64,000 nt of DNA from Octopus sinensis (taxonomy: Eukaryota): the NCBI RefSeq assembly GCF_006345805.1, contig NC_043005.1, positions 36,890,001 through 36,954,000 of the forward strand. Reading direction: 5' to 3'. Below the pieces are notes generated by a model. That model was not told the DNA's origin, ran no database searches, and was given only the letters and a program-made list of their open reading frames with translations. Both the position numbers and the translations under genes were made by a program. This document shows positions 26,244-39,871 of the stretch, one piece after another. The first letter of the stretch is position 1; each line of letters begins with the position of its first letter.

Positions 26244-28196
26244 CATATACATAATACATACTTGCATACATACATTTCTGGTGGTAGCGAGAAGTAGTGT
26301 TAATCAACGTGAGGTGATGGACCATTCGGGGTAAAGAGAGCGTTTATTCTCTCCAGGATATATCGTTGTGAGACACATGCAAAGGCACTCACACACACAC
26401 ACACACAAACACGCGCACACGCACACGCGCACACACGGACACACGGACACACTGACACACAGACACACGGACACACTGACACACAGACACACGGACACAC
26501 TGACACACACATTTCCCTGGATATAGAGTGTTTGCCAGTGAAGTTCTCTTACGTAAGTAGACTTTCTAGCTGTTCTTCTGCTAATTAAGTTGAAGGAAAT
26601 GGAATTAAATCTTTAATCGAATTAATTTATTTTAGTTGAGTAATAATCAACGAATCTTTACTCATTAGAACATAATTTTTCATCCGTTTCACAGTTCGTC
26701 CTTCTTCCCTCCCCCTCCTTCTTCTTTTTCTTTTCTTCTTCTTCTTCCACTTCTTCATCTCCTTCCACTTCGTTTATTATTTCCCCTCTCACTATCGCAC
26801 CTTTTATCTCTGCTCTTATTCATACCTGTAGCTGTACCTCTCTTTCTCTGTCTGAGTGGGTGGTGTGTGTAAATATATTTCAGTCAATTTATTACTCTCT
26901 GATATACACGCACACGCACACACACACACACACACACGTTTATAGTATTTAATGAACTCAGTATATATTTTTATGGGCTACTTATTGCTTCATGCAATGA
27001 AAATGACACAGACAACATTTTGTAACATGTCTGCTGCCTTCATGCAATCTTCAGACTGTGCTCAGATTGCATATACAAGCTAATGTAGGACTATAGAAAC
27101 AGAGAAATTAGAAGAAAACGTGTAAGGGTGAAGCACCGGAAGACGAAAGGATAAAGGGGAAAAAGGAAAAAGAAAAGAAAAAAGAAAAATGGGGGAGAAA
27201 AGTGTCATGTCCCCTGTAAAATATATACTGTATTCAATATTTATCTCACACCAGATGGAGTTGTAGTTGCTCTTTTTAGCGTTAAAAATCTTTCCGCCAT
27301 ATTTATCGTTAAAACCGTTTCCCCTTTAGCCAGTCTTTTCAATTTTAGCCTCTTGTTTTTTGTTTTGCTTTTTTTGGTGATAGAATGTGATATAAAGGTC
27401 ATTTGGCTTTTATTTCTTGCAAATTGAGAGGCCACGTAACGGTGTCAACTCCTACGTGATATTTTGCTTGTAGGAAAAGATATTCACATTTAACAGTTTT
27501 CTATACACTGTTGGTGAGTATGTTTCAAGTTTATTTTCCTTAAAGACTCTTACAAGAAAATCGTGTGAATGGGAATTGTGACGACAATTCTTGACCGGAA
27601 TAACATGAGTCAGTAATACATAAATAAATATTCCAAAACTTATATGGGAAGATAAATAAATAATAGAATCTGCAGCAGATAATAATATAAGGCAAGTTAG
27701 TACAAATATGGCGGGGTTGCCGTGATAATTTCCCGTTTTTATTAAATTCGTAGCGAAATTAGGAATAATATATATATATTGCTGCTATCACTGCTGTTGT
27801 TTCTGCAATTGTTTCTAATTTTATAGCTTCATGTTATTTTGATAAGTTGTACAAGATTTTTCGCAACTTAATTTTTTTGAGAATAGAGTTTCGCTTGTGC
27901 TAATGGCATTTTGTCATTTATTTTCATTTAAAAAAACATCGACGATGATGGTGAGTACGATAGATTCAAAGGCAAATGCGTTCGTAAAATCTCGGGTAGC
28001 TACTTTGGAATTTAAGTACGGGTACGCATTAACAGTGTACACACACACACGTGTATGTGTATATGTATGCGTGTGTGAGTGTGTGTACTTGTGCGTATGT
28101 CTTTGTGTATAGCTATATGTATATGAATATATATGCGTGTGTATGTATATGTTTGTATATATGTATGAATGTACACACACGCACACACACACACAC

Positions 28197-28247
<51 letters not shown>

Positions 28248-28440
28248 GTGAATGAATTATCCTATGTTTATCGTCAGCATGGAAAATTTGTTGAACCGAA
28301 ACCAGGGTAGCAAATTCACGTCAGAAACACGGTTGAAGCGACCTGTCCAGGGGTAGAAACTCCGGGTTCATGTGCAGAAATTTGTGTGTTGTATATGAAT
28401 AAATGAAAGAATGGAGTCGAACGAAGATGTTAACAAAATT

Positions 28441-28533
28441 CCTTTACTCTCGACATATGTTTCGAAGACAACATGGTTTCATTCCAAAGGAATAAAGGCT
28501 GCATTATGCAATCTTCTCATCAGGAAAGAAAGG
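28441..28533 (-). ncRNA. type-I hammerhead ribozyme (PLE-associated)
   Basis: Minus strand: ccuuucuuuc-CUGAUGA-gaaga...ucuuc-GAAA-C-AUAU-GUC-gagaguaaagg. Full catalytic core, 5-bp stem II base, 2-bp stem III with palindromic loop, 10-bp stem I with one bulge; predicted cleavage between 28452 and 28451. Confidence 0.85.
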
Positions 28534-28805
28534 GAGCCTCTCTCGACAACAAGACAAACAAAAATTTCGATGACTGCCTACATGGTAAACAAAACGATAA
28601 TGAGTGTTTTTAAAAAAACTGTTAGAAGAATTGACGTCAAAGATAGATAGTAGGAAGAGAAGGGTTAAAGGAATAATAGGTAGGGAACAAGTGGAGAGGG
28701 AAGGGTACGTTGATTGAAAGAACGTTCGAAGGCTTAGGAAAGAATTTCGCTATTGAAGTGGAGTGCACGTTAAGCTAATTGTTCAAACCACAGTGACTAT
28801 CGTTA

Positions 28806-29042
28806 TCATTTATATGAGTAGAAAGTATGTTTCTGCCAGTGTTTACATTTGTATGATTTTTCTATGAGTGTGTTTACAAGGGGAACCTTAGAGTAGAGAA
28901 TATGGAAAAGTTCAGAGTTGCAAATGTTACAAAATCTCCTGCCCTTATCAAAAGGAAAGGATACAGACAGTATGAACCAATCTAACTTGAAATTTATATT
29001 GTTGTCTTTAAGACGCCAAACTAATTTACTTAGCCCTGTAAA
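28806..29042 (-). pseudogene. C-terminal 78 aa of a Penelope GIY-YIG endonuclease (open frame without ATG)
   Basis: Manual translation: FTGLSKLVWRLKDNNINFKLDWFILSVSFPFDKGRRFCNICNSELFHILYSKVPLVNTLIEKSYKCKHWQKHTFYSYK*. This fits the PLE pattern T.LSK..W.LK......W.I.....P...G...C..C..E...IL......N...E....C.H..K. Confidence 0.85.
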
Positions 29043-29050
29043 TTAGTAAC

Positions 29051-29126
<76 letters not shown>

Positions 29127-29159
29127 GAGAGAGAGAGAGAGAGAGAGAAACATATGTAT

Positions 29160-29260
29160 AGGCGGGGCTGTGTGGTAAAAAAGCATGTTTCCCTACCACA
29201 TGTTCCGGTTTCAGTGCGTGGCACTTTGGGCAAGTGTGTTCTATTATAGTTTCGGGCCGA
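29160..29260 (+). mobile_element. SINE family B head fragment
   Basis: ggctgtgtggtaaaaaagcatgtttccc...gcgtggcactttgggcaagtgtgttctattatag. Confidence 0.7.
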
Positions 29261-29329
29261 GCTATATAGCGACGAAACCTGCACTCTATATCGGCGTGAC
29301 GTCTAAAAATTAGAACGCTTTATTCAGTC

Positions 29330-29770
29330 TTTATGAGAATGCTATGTGTCCATCAACAAAGTCCCGGAAGGAGCCAACAGTGAAAGCATCAAATTGCTGA
29401 TCATGAAACACCGTCTTCAATGGTCAGGACATGTAGCATTAATGGAAGAGCCAAGGCTTTCACGTGAAGTCTTATTCAACGAGCTCACTTAATGGAAAAG
29501 ACCACGTTGTTGGCCTCTTCGAAGATACAAGGACCAACTGAAAAACAATATTGAAAACCAAAGGACTTGATCCTAAATCGTTTGAACACGATCTTGAAAC
29601 CGTACCAGCTGGTGGTGTCTCATCATCATCGGAACCAAACCGTCGAAGCCACCAGAAGATAAAAGGAAGAAATTATAACGACAAGAGAGACAGGCTTGAC
29701 AAAATCAACCTCGTTCTCCACCAACATTCCTATGCAATCAATGCCATTGCTTCTATGCAAGAACTGGTCT
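29330..29770 (+). mobile_element. RTE (BovB-like) LINE 3' fragment, degenerate
   Basis: Frame reads ESIKLLIMKHRLQWSGHVALMEEPRLSREVLFNELT*WKRPRCWPLRRYKDQLK, matching the RTE C-terminus (RLRWAGHV.RM...RLPK..L..EL..GKR..GRP..RYKD.LK). Confidence 0.85.
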
Positions 29771-30082
29771 AGTTAGTCAACAATACCATCACTATAAAAG
29801 AAGCGATGAGGAAAGAAGAAATTAAGTTTTGGGAGAGAAGATGAAGCCAACGGAATAAGCGTAAAAAACAAAAGATATAAGAGGTGGATATATATTTAAC
29901 TACATGTCTTGAATGGTATTACGACCTTCTGTGTAATGAAACGATGCAAATGCTCGGATTTTCCAGATTTTCAGTTACATGGACAATACACATTACATTT
30001 CTTGTGGACTGGTTGATAAGAGGAGAGCTTTCTGAGATAGCTGTACGATTCTCTGAATCCACATCTTATGCTACTCCTAGAT

Positions 30083-30363
<281 letters not shown>

Positions 30364-31882
30364 CTGGCGGTTAGATATGAAACTACCGCAATAATCCGAC
30401 AAAGTACGAATGCTCTGGACTGAACCAAATAACATATAAATATGAACTGTGAGATATAGAAAATGTAGACACAGATAAATGTGTTTCAACAGTAACCACG
30501 ACAACTCTGAAGTACCTCGAAACAATGAGGATGTCTGTAAGCAATTGTTTGATCTAAGATAAATAGTACACCTTCAGTCACACCATATCATCTTTAGAAC
30601 CGAAGGACATTTTAGATAATGCAGTCTTAGGTACTATTCCTGACAAAATAAAAAAAAAAATGATGAGATGGTCGCGACCAGATCACTTTTAATTACTTAT
30701 CGGCTGACAGCAAAACATCATTATACTGTAACTGTACGGTTAGTTTTATTGCATGTTTTATGACGTTCAGTAATTTGAGGAGTATAACATTAACACATGC
30801 ATATATTGATACGAAGAGCAGCAAATGAGCCTCTGTATGGTCTATGGTCGCTGAATCTTTCTAGAAATAACAGTCAAATCTCCATCAAATTATCTCTTTT
30901 TATCTCCACATTATATATTGTAATCCTAGTAAAAACTCTATCTGAGATGCTTTATCTTTCCTCCTCTCGAGATACACAGTACGCCTTGGGTAGGTTTAAG
31001 CCTGGAGGAGCCCATCCCACCCCAGGGCGAACCACAATCGATTTCTTCCTGAAAAAATAAACTGAGAGAAAAGAATCGACTCCAGTATTCTTTCAACATT
31101 GAAAGAATAAAAGCTAAAGACGACTTCGGCTGAGTCTAAACGCATAGGACAGGGAACCGAAACAATTACTGCTAGGCACTCCATTCTTCGGGCTAACAAC
31201 TCTGCTATCTGGCTATCTTATGCTTCTGATGGTCACTACTGCAACCTGTTTGACTAAGTGTCTGTCTGTCGAACCTGGTTTAAACAACAACGTTTACTAA
31301 GAAAACACTCGAAATGTTGATAGAAAAAACATTAACCATGAACCAAAATATAAACACTTAAAAGCCTATAATATAAAAAAAATGTTGGCACAATGACTTA
31401 TAAGTAACTTTGACATTATGCCATGTTATACAATTCTGCCAGTGTAAACTATGAAATAGCGATACACCCCGTATCATGCTAAAACAAACTTTAATACGGT
31501 GATGCATGAGTAAATGTTTACACCGCTGTACAAATGCAATATATTAACAAATACTAATATGTTATAATATGTTAATTTTATGCTAATGCAATTAGACTAA
31601 AGTTAACTTAATACCGACGTATTTAATGTAGGCTTCAACAATTTAAGTAGGAATTATACTGCTACAAGGATAACACTTCTGTAGTTCATCGAAAATGGGA
31701 GATAACTTGGAACATAGGTTTCATTTTACACTCTCAGATTGTTTTGATTTCAGTGCACTTAATGGAGATATGATATGAGAATTACTTGGAAAATGTATAA
31801 TATTGTGCAAATATTGTAATTCATATTTCGTTTATGGATTTGCTTTGCAAGATTCTTTATGTGAGTTTGTGTGTTGAAGCAT

Positions 31883-32133
31883 ATTCTGTTGTGTTTGGGG
31901 AGAGTCATTTTGGTTTTGTGCCTTATAATTTAACACATTCACCGGTAAAATTTCCACTTATTTCTTATTTTTATTTTCCTAACATTTTCGTTGCGTCTTG
32001 CAACCTTTTCAATAGTCTGCAAGACGCAACGAAAATTTTAGGAAAATAAAAATATCAAGGGGAAATTTTACCGGTGAGTGTGTTAAATTATAAGGCACAA
32101 ATACAAAACGACTCTCCCCAGACATAATAGAAT
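31883..32133. repeat. 251-bp hairpin / fold-back (120- and 116-bp arms, 15-nt loop), possible MITE
   Basis: 31883-32002 pairs with 32018-32133 at roughly 90% identity (about 10 substitutions and one 4-nt indel); loop accttttcaatagtc. Confidence 0.92.
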
Positions 32134-32225
32134 TGTAAATTATGTAAATGATCTTGGTCATAAATGTGGTTTCCTCTTTTTTAATATGTCTAAGTCCCTT
32201 GGCCACTGGAAATAAGGTCGGACAT

Positions 32226-32278
32226 TTGTCATCCTGATGACGGTTACTGAGCCAGAAATACACGTTCTCGACTGGCAA
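32226..32278 (+). ncRNA. degenerate hammerhead ribozyme (probable PLE remnant)
   Basis: ttgtcatc-CTGATGA-c-ggtt-actg-agcc-a-GAAA-tacacgtt-cTC-ga(c)tggcaa. Core, stem I and stem II are recognisable; pairs 10.1/11.1 and 15.2/16.2 are mismatched. Confidence 0.5.
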
Positions 32279-32833
32279 TAACTATAATTTCTTTCCTGTT
32301 AAGTTCCCTCAATCGCGGAAAATCTGAAGCTGATCAACAACAGTAATATTTATAGTTGATGAAACAAGACAACGAACGTTATTATAGAGAAATACTTTTT
32401 GTTAGTCATGAAAAAATTCGAATAATTTTATCGAAGTAAATAAGAAATCGTGATGCTTATGCCATTCTCAAGTTCAATGATAAAACAAATTAACAATATT
32501 TTGTTTCCTATTTGATCAGGTAAAATTTATGCGTGATGCGATGTATAAAACATATTCAAGTTCAGATAATGATGTTACCTATCAACGTTCAGTATGAGAG
32601 GCCATTGTCTCTCTCTCTCCTCACTTTCCTCTCTCTCTCTCCCTTCTCTCTCTCTCTGCATATATACATATGTATGTGTGTATATATATATATATACTAT
32701 ACTATATATTATATACTGTACTATATATTATATACTATACACTCGCACATATACACTTGTATATATATATATACCAATATATACACATATATACATAGAT
32801 ATACGCAGATATGTATTTATACTAATATATATA

Positions 32834-33195
32834 CTTTTATTTGCTTCGGTTATTTGACTGCGGCCATGCTGTAGCACCGCCTTTAGTCGAATAAATCGAC
32901 TCCGAAACTTATTCTTTGTAAACCTAGTATTTCTATCGTTTCTTTTGCCGAACCGCTAAGTTACGGGGATGTAAATACACCAACGTCCGTTGTCAAGTGA
33001 TAGTGGGGGAACACCAACAGAAACACAAATACACACACACATGTATATATATATATACGACGGGCTTCTTTCAGTTTCTCTCTTCCAATTCCAAACACAA
33101 GATTTTGGTCGACTCGAGGCTATAGTAGAAGACAGTTACCTAAGGTGCCATGCAGTGGGACTGAACCAGGAACCATGTGGTTGGGGAGGAAACAT
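32834..33195 (-). mobile_element. SINE family B, near full-length
   Basis: gactgcggccatgctgtagcaccgcc...gccgaaccgctaagttacgggg...gaggctatagtagaagac...gtgggactgaacc. Confidence 0.88.
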
Positions 33196-33708
33196 ATTTA
33201 AAGGCTCGCACACACTGCCTTATACGCGCAGTTACGCACACACTTACTCACACACGCGCACACATACACACATGAACACACACATATATATATATATATA
33301 CCCCCACACACACACACTCACACATTTGTAAACGTATACGTGTTTCGAAAGAAAGCATCGATCGATCGTCAAACAAACAGACAGACAGATAGATAGATAG
33401 ACAGCCAGACTGACAGACACACAGACAGACACATAAATAGATAGACAGATAATTACATATACATAGATTGGCAGATACATATAGACATAAGCAAAGTGAG
33501 AAATTACAGGACAGAATTTAAACTGAAAATGTTCTTTCAACAAATAATTTTCATCCATGCAGTTCACTGTCATCGATAATAATTCATTTATTAGTTATCG
33601 ATTTGAGCAGATGGAAAATATTGTAGCTGTAATAGTCGAAGGATAAGATCTAGCAGTAGAGAAATCCATTCAGTGGTCCTTTGTCTGTCTAGATTGAAAA
33701 TCGTTTAG

Positions 33709-33782
<74 letters not shown>

Positions 33783-33972
33783 TTGTATATATGTTTGTAT
33801 GTTTGTATGTATGCATGCATATATATATATATATATGTGTGTATATGGTTAATGAGAGACGTTCAATATGAGAGGCCATATCTCTCTATATCTCGTTCTT
33901 CTCACTCTCCTCTCTCTCTCTGTATATATGTGTGTGCGTATACATTCATACATACATAAGTACAAACATACA

Positions 33973-34005
<33 letters not shown>

Positions 34006-34131
34006 TTACATACGTACATGCGAATTCTGTGTCAGTATATGTATAAATGTGTGTATATATATATATACACATATATACACACACACACACATATATATAT
34101 ATATTTATAAAAATGTATATATATATACACA

Positions 34132-34181
<50 letters not shown>

Positions 34182-34201
34182 TATATATATCTATATATAA
34201 T

Positions 34202-34614
34202 CCCGGAAGGCCTTGTACCAAAGTTTGATATTGAAAGTTACACAAACACCAGAACGGGGCGCCATTGCATGTGCCAAAGATCCCACCACCATCACCATCA
34301 AAACCGAGGACCAGATACTGCAGAAGCTTGGGCTTCAAGAGACTGTAGTTCTTCAATATCCTCCCAAAATTCCTGTGAGACCTGCAAGGTATGTATATAG
34401 GTGTCTTCAAATCAAAATTAGATCTCCTCCTGTCAAGGGTTCCGGGTGAACCTACCTCACAGATGAGGGAAACACAGATAAGGGCAGCAGCATCAAACTC
34501 CCTCATTCACCATATGCAACATATCAGAGGAGGTCTCAAATAATGTTGTAGTACAGTCAACGGTGGTACCCCAGCATGACCGCAGCTTCCAAGCTGAAAC
34601 AACTTAAAGAAAAG
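34202..34614 (+). mobile_element. CR1/L2-like LINE 3' end, degenerate
   Basis: Frameshifted reading RTGRHC / VPKIP...[48 protein letters not shown]...RAAASNSLIHH, typical of CR1-group RT C-termini (FK..LD..L..VPD.P); 3' tail ccccagcatgaccgcagc...ctgaaac. Confidence 0.75.
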
Positions 34615-34679
34615 AATATATACATATATGTTTACATACATCTATGTAAATATCTGTATGCACTCAGGTATTATTTATA

Positions 34680-34841
34680 GGCGCAGGTGTGGCTGTGTGG
34701 TAAGTAGCTTGCTTACCAACCATATGGTTCCGAATTCGGCACCACTGCGTGGCACCTTGGGCAAGTGTCTTCTACTATAGCCTCGGGCCGACCAAAGTCT
34801 TGTGAGTGTATTTGGTAAACGGAAACTGAAAGAAGCTCGTC

Positions 34842-34850
<9 letters not shown>
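34680..34850 (+). mobile_element. SINE family B, 5' half
   Basis: aggcgcaggtgtggctgtgtggtaag...ggcaccttgggcaagtgtcttctactatagcctcgggccgacc...ggaaactgaaagaagctcgtcg. Confidence 0.88.
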
Positions 34851-36468
<1,618 letters not shown>

Positions 36469-36525
36469 TATATATATTTGTATGCATGTATGTTATGTGT
36501 ATGTGTATGTATGTATATATATATA

Positions 36526-36560
<35 letters not shown>

Positions 36561-36580
36561 GTGTGTGTGTATGTGTGTGT

Positions 36581-36895
36581 GGAGGCGCAATGGCCCAGTA
36601 ACTAGGGCGGTGGACTCGCGGTTGTAGGATCGCAGTTTCGATTCCCAGACCGGGCGTTGTGGGTGTTTATTGAGCGAAAACGCCTAAAGCTCTGCGAGGC
36701 TCCGGCAGGGTGGGGGTAGTGGCGATCCCTGCCGTACTCTTTCGCCACAACTTTCTCTCGCTCTTTCTTCTGTTGGCCTGCTCGCTTAGCCAGCGGGGTG
36801 GCGTCATTTGAAGTCTAAAACAATGCGAAGCGCATTGTGGCCAGCGATGTGTAGCAACATCTGATAGCCTAGTCGGTCACGGTGATCACAGTGAT
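36581..36895 (+). mobile_element. SINE family C with an alternative 3' tail
   Basis: ggaggcgcaatggcccag...gtttcgattcccagaccggg head; tail ctaaaacaatgcgaagcgcattgtggccagcgatgtg...gtgatatat. Confidence 0.88.
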
Positions 36896-37046
36896 ATATA
36901 TATATATAAAATTTAAATGTTGAAGCGAATCTAACGGTTTTTGTGTGTTTCTTAAATGGCTTATAATCACCTTCCACGCTGCAATTGTTTTCGTTCCAGC
37001 ACACGATGTCAGATCAGGTCACTTGCTACGCAAGTACATCTCCGTA

Positions 37047-37079
<33 letters not shown>

Positions 37080-37839
37080 TGTATATATATATATACATAT
37101 ATGTGTGTATATATATATATATATATAATATATATATATTATATATATATATATACATTCATAAATACACACACACATGGTTGGTTGTGAATATTGTGTA
37201 CATGCATGTTGAATTTTAGCGAGCAATATACGTGAATTTGTGTCTTACTGTCTTTGCGTTCCTCTGTCTATTTGGTGCGTGTGTGTATGTGTCACTGTTT
37301 TCTCTTCCATAAAAAAAAAACCACAATAAAAAATATATAAAAAAGAAAAAAAAGACCCAAAAAACAAACGTTTGATAAATTCAATAAAATAGATAACATT
37401 CAGTGTTTCACAGTATTTCAGTTGGACTCCCCCATTTACGACATTCGATAAATAGATATCTGAATGAGACGCTGTGGAAATATTTGCTATCATTTTTTTT
37501 TCTTCAGTGATATCTGCTATCACTTATAGACTTTATGATATTATTCTCCATTTGTTGGTTTTTCAATACATACACACACTCACGCGCACACAAACACACG
37601 CACACACACATACTCACACATGTATATTAAATTTGATGATTTCACCGGTTTTTTTCCTTTTTCATTATTATTACTATTATTACGTTTTTTTTTTTGCGGT
37701 TTAACTTTATTAATCGATAATTGATTTAATTTTGTTTGTTTTGTTTTTTTAAATTAGTTGGTTTAGAAAAGATATCAAGTTATATTTTTTTCATCTGTTT
37801 AAAGCACATCTCTTTCAATAATAATGATAACAACAGCAT

Positions 37840-37916
37840 CAGCAGCTGGGTCCTACACCAACATCGCCGCAATGACAACAACAACAACCTCAATAATAAT
37901 AATAATAATAATAATA

Positions 37917-37953
<37 letters not shown>

Positions 37954-37983
37954 TAATAATAATAATAATAATATAATAATAAT

Positions 37984-38018
<35 letters not shown>

Positions 38019-38145
38019 GATAATAATGATAATAATAATAATAATAATAATGATAATAATGATAATAATAATGAAAATAATGATAATAATAATGATAATA
38101 ATGATAAGAAGAACAACAACACACCAACAACAGCAACAATAATGA
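37840..38145. repeat. (AAT)n/(AAC)n trinucleotide tract
   Basis: Read directly from the sequence. Confidence 0.95.
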
Positions 38146-38585
38146 CAGATCTCCTGTAACCCATTAGCGCCCATGGTCCTTTTTTTTAGAACCAGAAGGA
38201 TAATCCATCATATTTCTACAACACCTGTATTTTTCTGAGATATCTTTAGTTAGTCATCAAGAATGGAGTTCTTTCAGATATCGTAATAAATTTTTTTTAT
38301 ACATTTACTATCAGATAAATTTGTACAAAAAAAACCGACTTTTGGTAATAAAGAATACAAAAAGATTGGGGCACTAATGGATTAAGTACAACTGGCACCA
38401 ACAACGGGGAAGCCTTTGTGTTAGACACTCATGATACTGTGATAAAAATAGTAAGCAATTTACCTGTAGCTACACTAGCATCGTCTTAGAAAAAGAGGGA
38501 GAACACAGTAGTTTTATAGACTACTTGGTTGGGTAATCGAATTATTTTTTCAAGGTAGTGTATTAGATTAGGTACGCTGATACTA

Positions 38586-39871
38586 TTAGGTCGTCAAGTA
38601 TGAAATTTGTAGAAAAGAAAAAATGTTAGTTAATGTTTTATAAATATGAGGAATAGTTTTATCCATCAAAATATGCACCCATATTGTCAATACACGTTTG
38701 CCATTTCAGCGGTAGCTTGTCCAGCTCGGAACTGTAAAAGTCTGGCAATCTAGAGTCAATAAATTCTTGGAAAGCCTGTTTTGCAGCATCGTCGGAATTA
38801 AATTTTTCTCCTATCGAAAAGTTATCCAAATTCTGGAAGAAGTGGTAGTCAGTGGGGGCAAGATCAAGTGAGTATGGTGGATGATGGAGAACTTCCAACT
38901 CCAACTCCTGTAGTTTTGCCAATGTCATTTTTGCCATGTATGGGCCTGGCGTTGTCTTGCAATGAAATAGGAGTGGATCTGTTTTTTGGGGTTTTTTTTT
39001 TTGCAAGTTTCTGCATCATTTGGTCCAGTTGGCGGCAATATACTTCGGCCGTGATTGATGAGTCAGGTTTAATGAAATCATAATGGATCACACCTGTGCC
39101 AGACCACCAAATACACACCATCAGCTTCTTTTGATGAATTTTGCTTTTTAGGACTGTGTATTGGTGGCTCGTCTTTCTCTAACCATTGTGCTGAACATTT
39201 ACGGTTGTTGTATTGGATCCATTTCTCATCACATTTTACAATTCGATTCAAAAAGGATTCATTTTTGTGACGAGAAAGTAGCATAATGCAGGCTTCCAAA
39301 CATTGCTGTTTCTGATTTTCATTGAGTTCATGTGGAACCCATTTATCCGACTTTTTCACTTTACCGATTTGAACTAGGTGAGTCAATATTGTTTGCTTGC
39401 TAAAACCAAACAACAACGATAATTCAGTGGGCACTTTGAGATGGATCTGACTCGACGGTGGCTTTCACTTCGTCATTATCCACCTTTGTTTCCGTTCGAC
39501 CGCGTTGCTAATTTTTGAGGTTAAAGTTAACAGAACGAAATTTTGCAAACCAATTTGATAATGTCTGCTGTGTAACAACATTGGAATAAGATGCTCCATT
39601 AATATTCCAAGCTGTCTGTGATGCTGTATTTCCAAGAAAGAACACATATTTCAAACCTGTACGAATTTCCGACTTATCCATCTCTAAACGAAAATAGCAA
39701 AAAACGTTTTATAAATACTTTATAAAGTACAAAATGAGTTAGAATAAAGAAAGAGATGTGTCAGTTTTCCAACAAAACGTAAAGATTGTCAAAATATAAT
39801 AATGGCGCAAAATGAGCAACTGTCAAAGTTTACCATATAACTAACTGCAAATTTCATACTTGACAATCTAA
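38586..39871 (-). mobile_element. full-length mariner transposon (Hsmar1/cecropia-like), inactive
   Basis: 27-bp TIRs at 38586-38612 (ttaggtcgtcaagtatgaaatttgtag) and 39845-39871 with 3 mismatches; TA at 38584-38585 (TC on the other side); length 1286 bp; internal transposase. Confidence 0.95.
38659..39681 (-). pseudogene. mariner D,D34D transposase pseudogene
   Basis: MDKSEIRTGLKY...WFAKFRS...KVDNDEVKATVESDP...GKVKKSDKWVPHELN...CDEKW...QDNARP...HPPYSLDLAPTDYHFF...YFDG*, with in-frame stops and frameshifts. Confidence 0.95.

Larger units (their letters stand above)
28242..29052 (-). mobile_element. Penelope-like element (PLE), 5'-truncated, flanked by (TA)n tracts
   Basis: GIY-YIG C-terminal coding fragment followed by a 3' region with a hammerhead ribozyme; (TA)n on both sides (~28217-28241 and ~29053-29091). 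Confidence 0.85.

Noticed and set aside
27020-27062. CTGAAGA-ttgc...gcag on the minus strand as a hammerhead
   Set aside because: The GAAA core is absent (agacatgtt) and stem I is poor; at most an unrecognisable relic.
30560-30660. Minus-strand acceptor plus short frame (IVPKTALSKMSFGSKDDM)
   Set aside because: It lies in a dispersed repeat also seen at ~4800-4890 and ~30860-30960.
38659-39681. SETMAR-like host gene call
   Set aside because: No SET domain, TIRs are present, and the frame has stops and frameshifts; it is a dead mariner.
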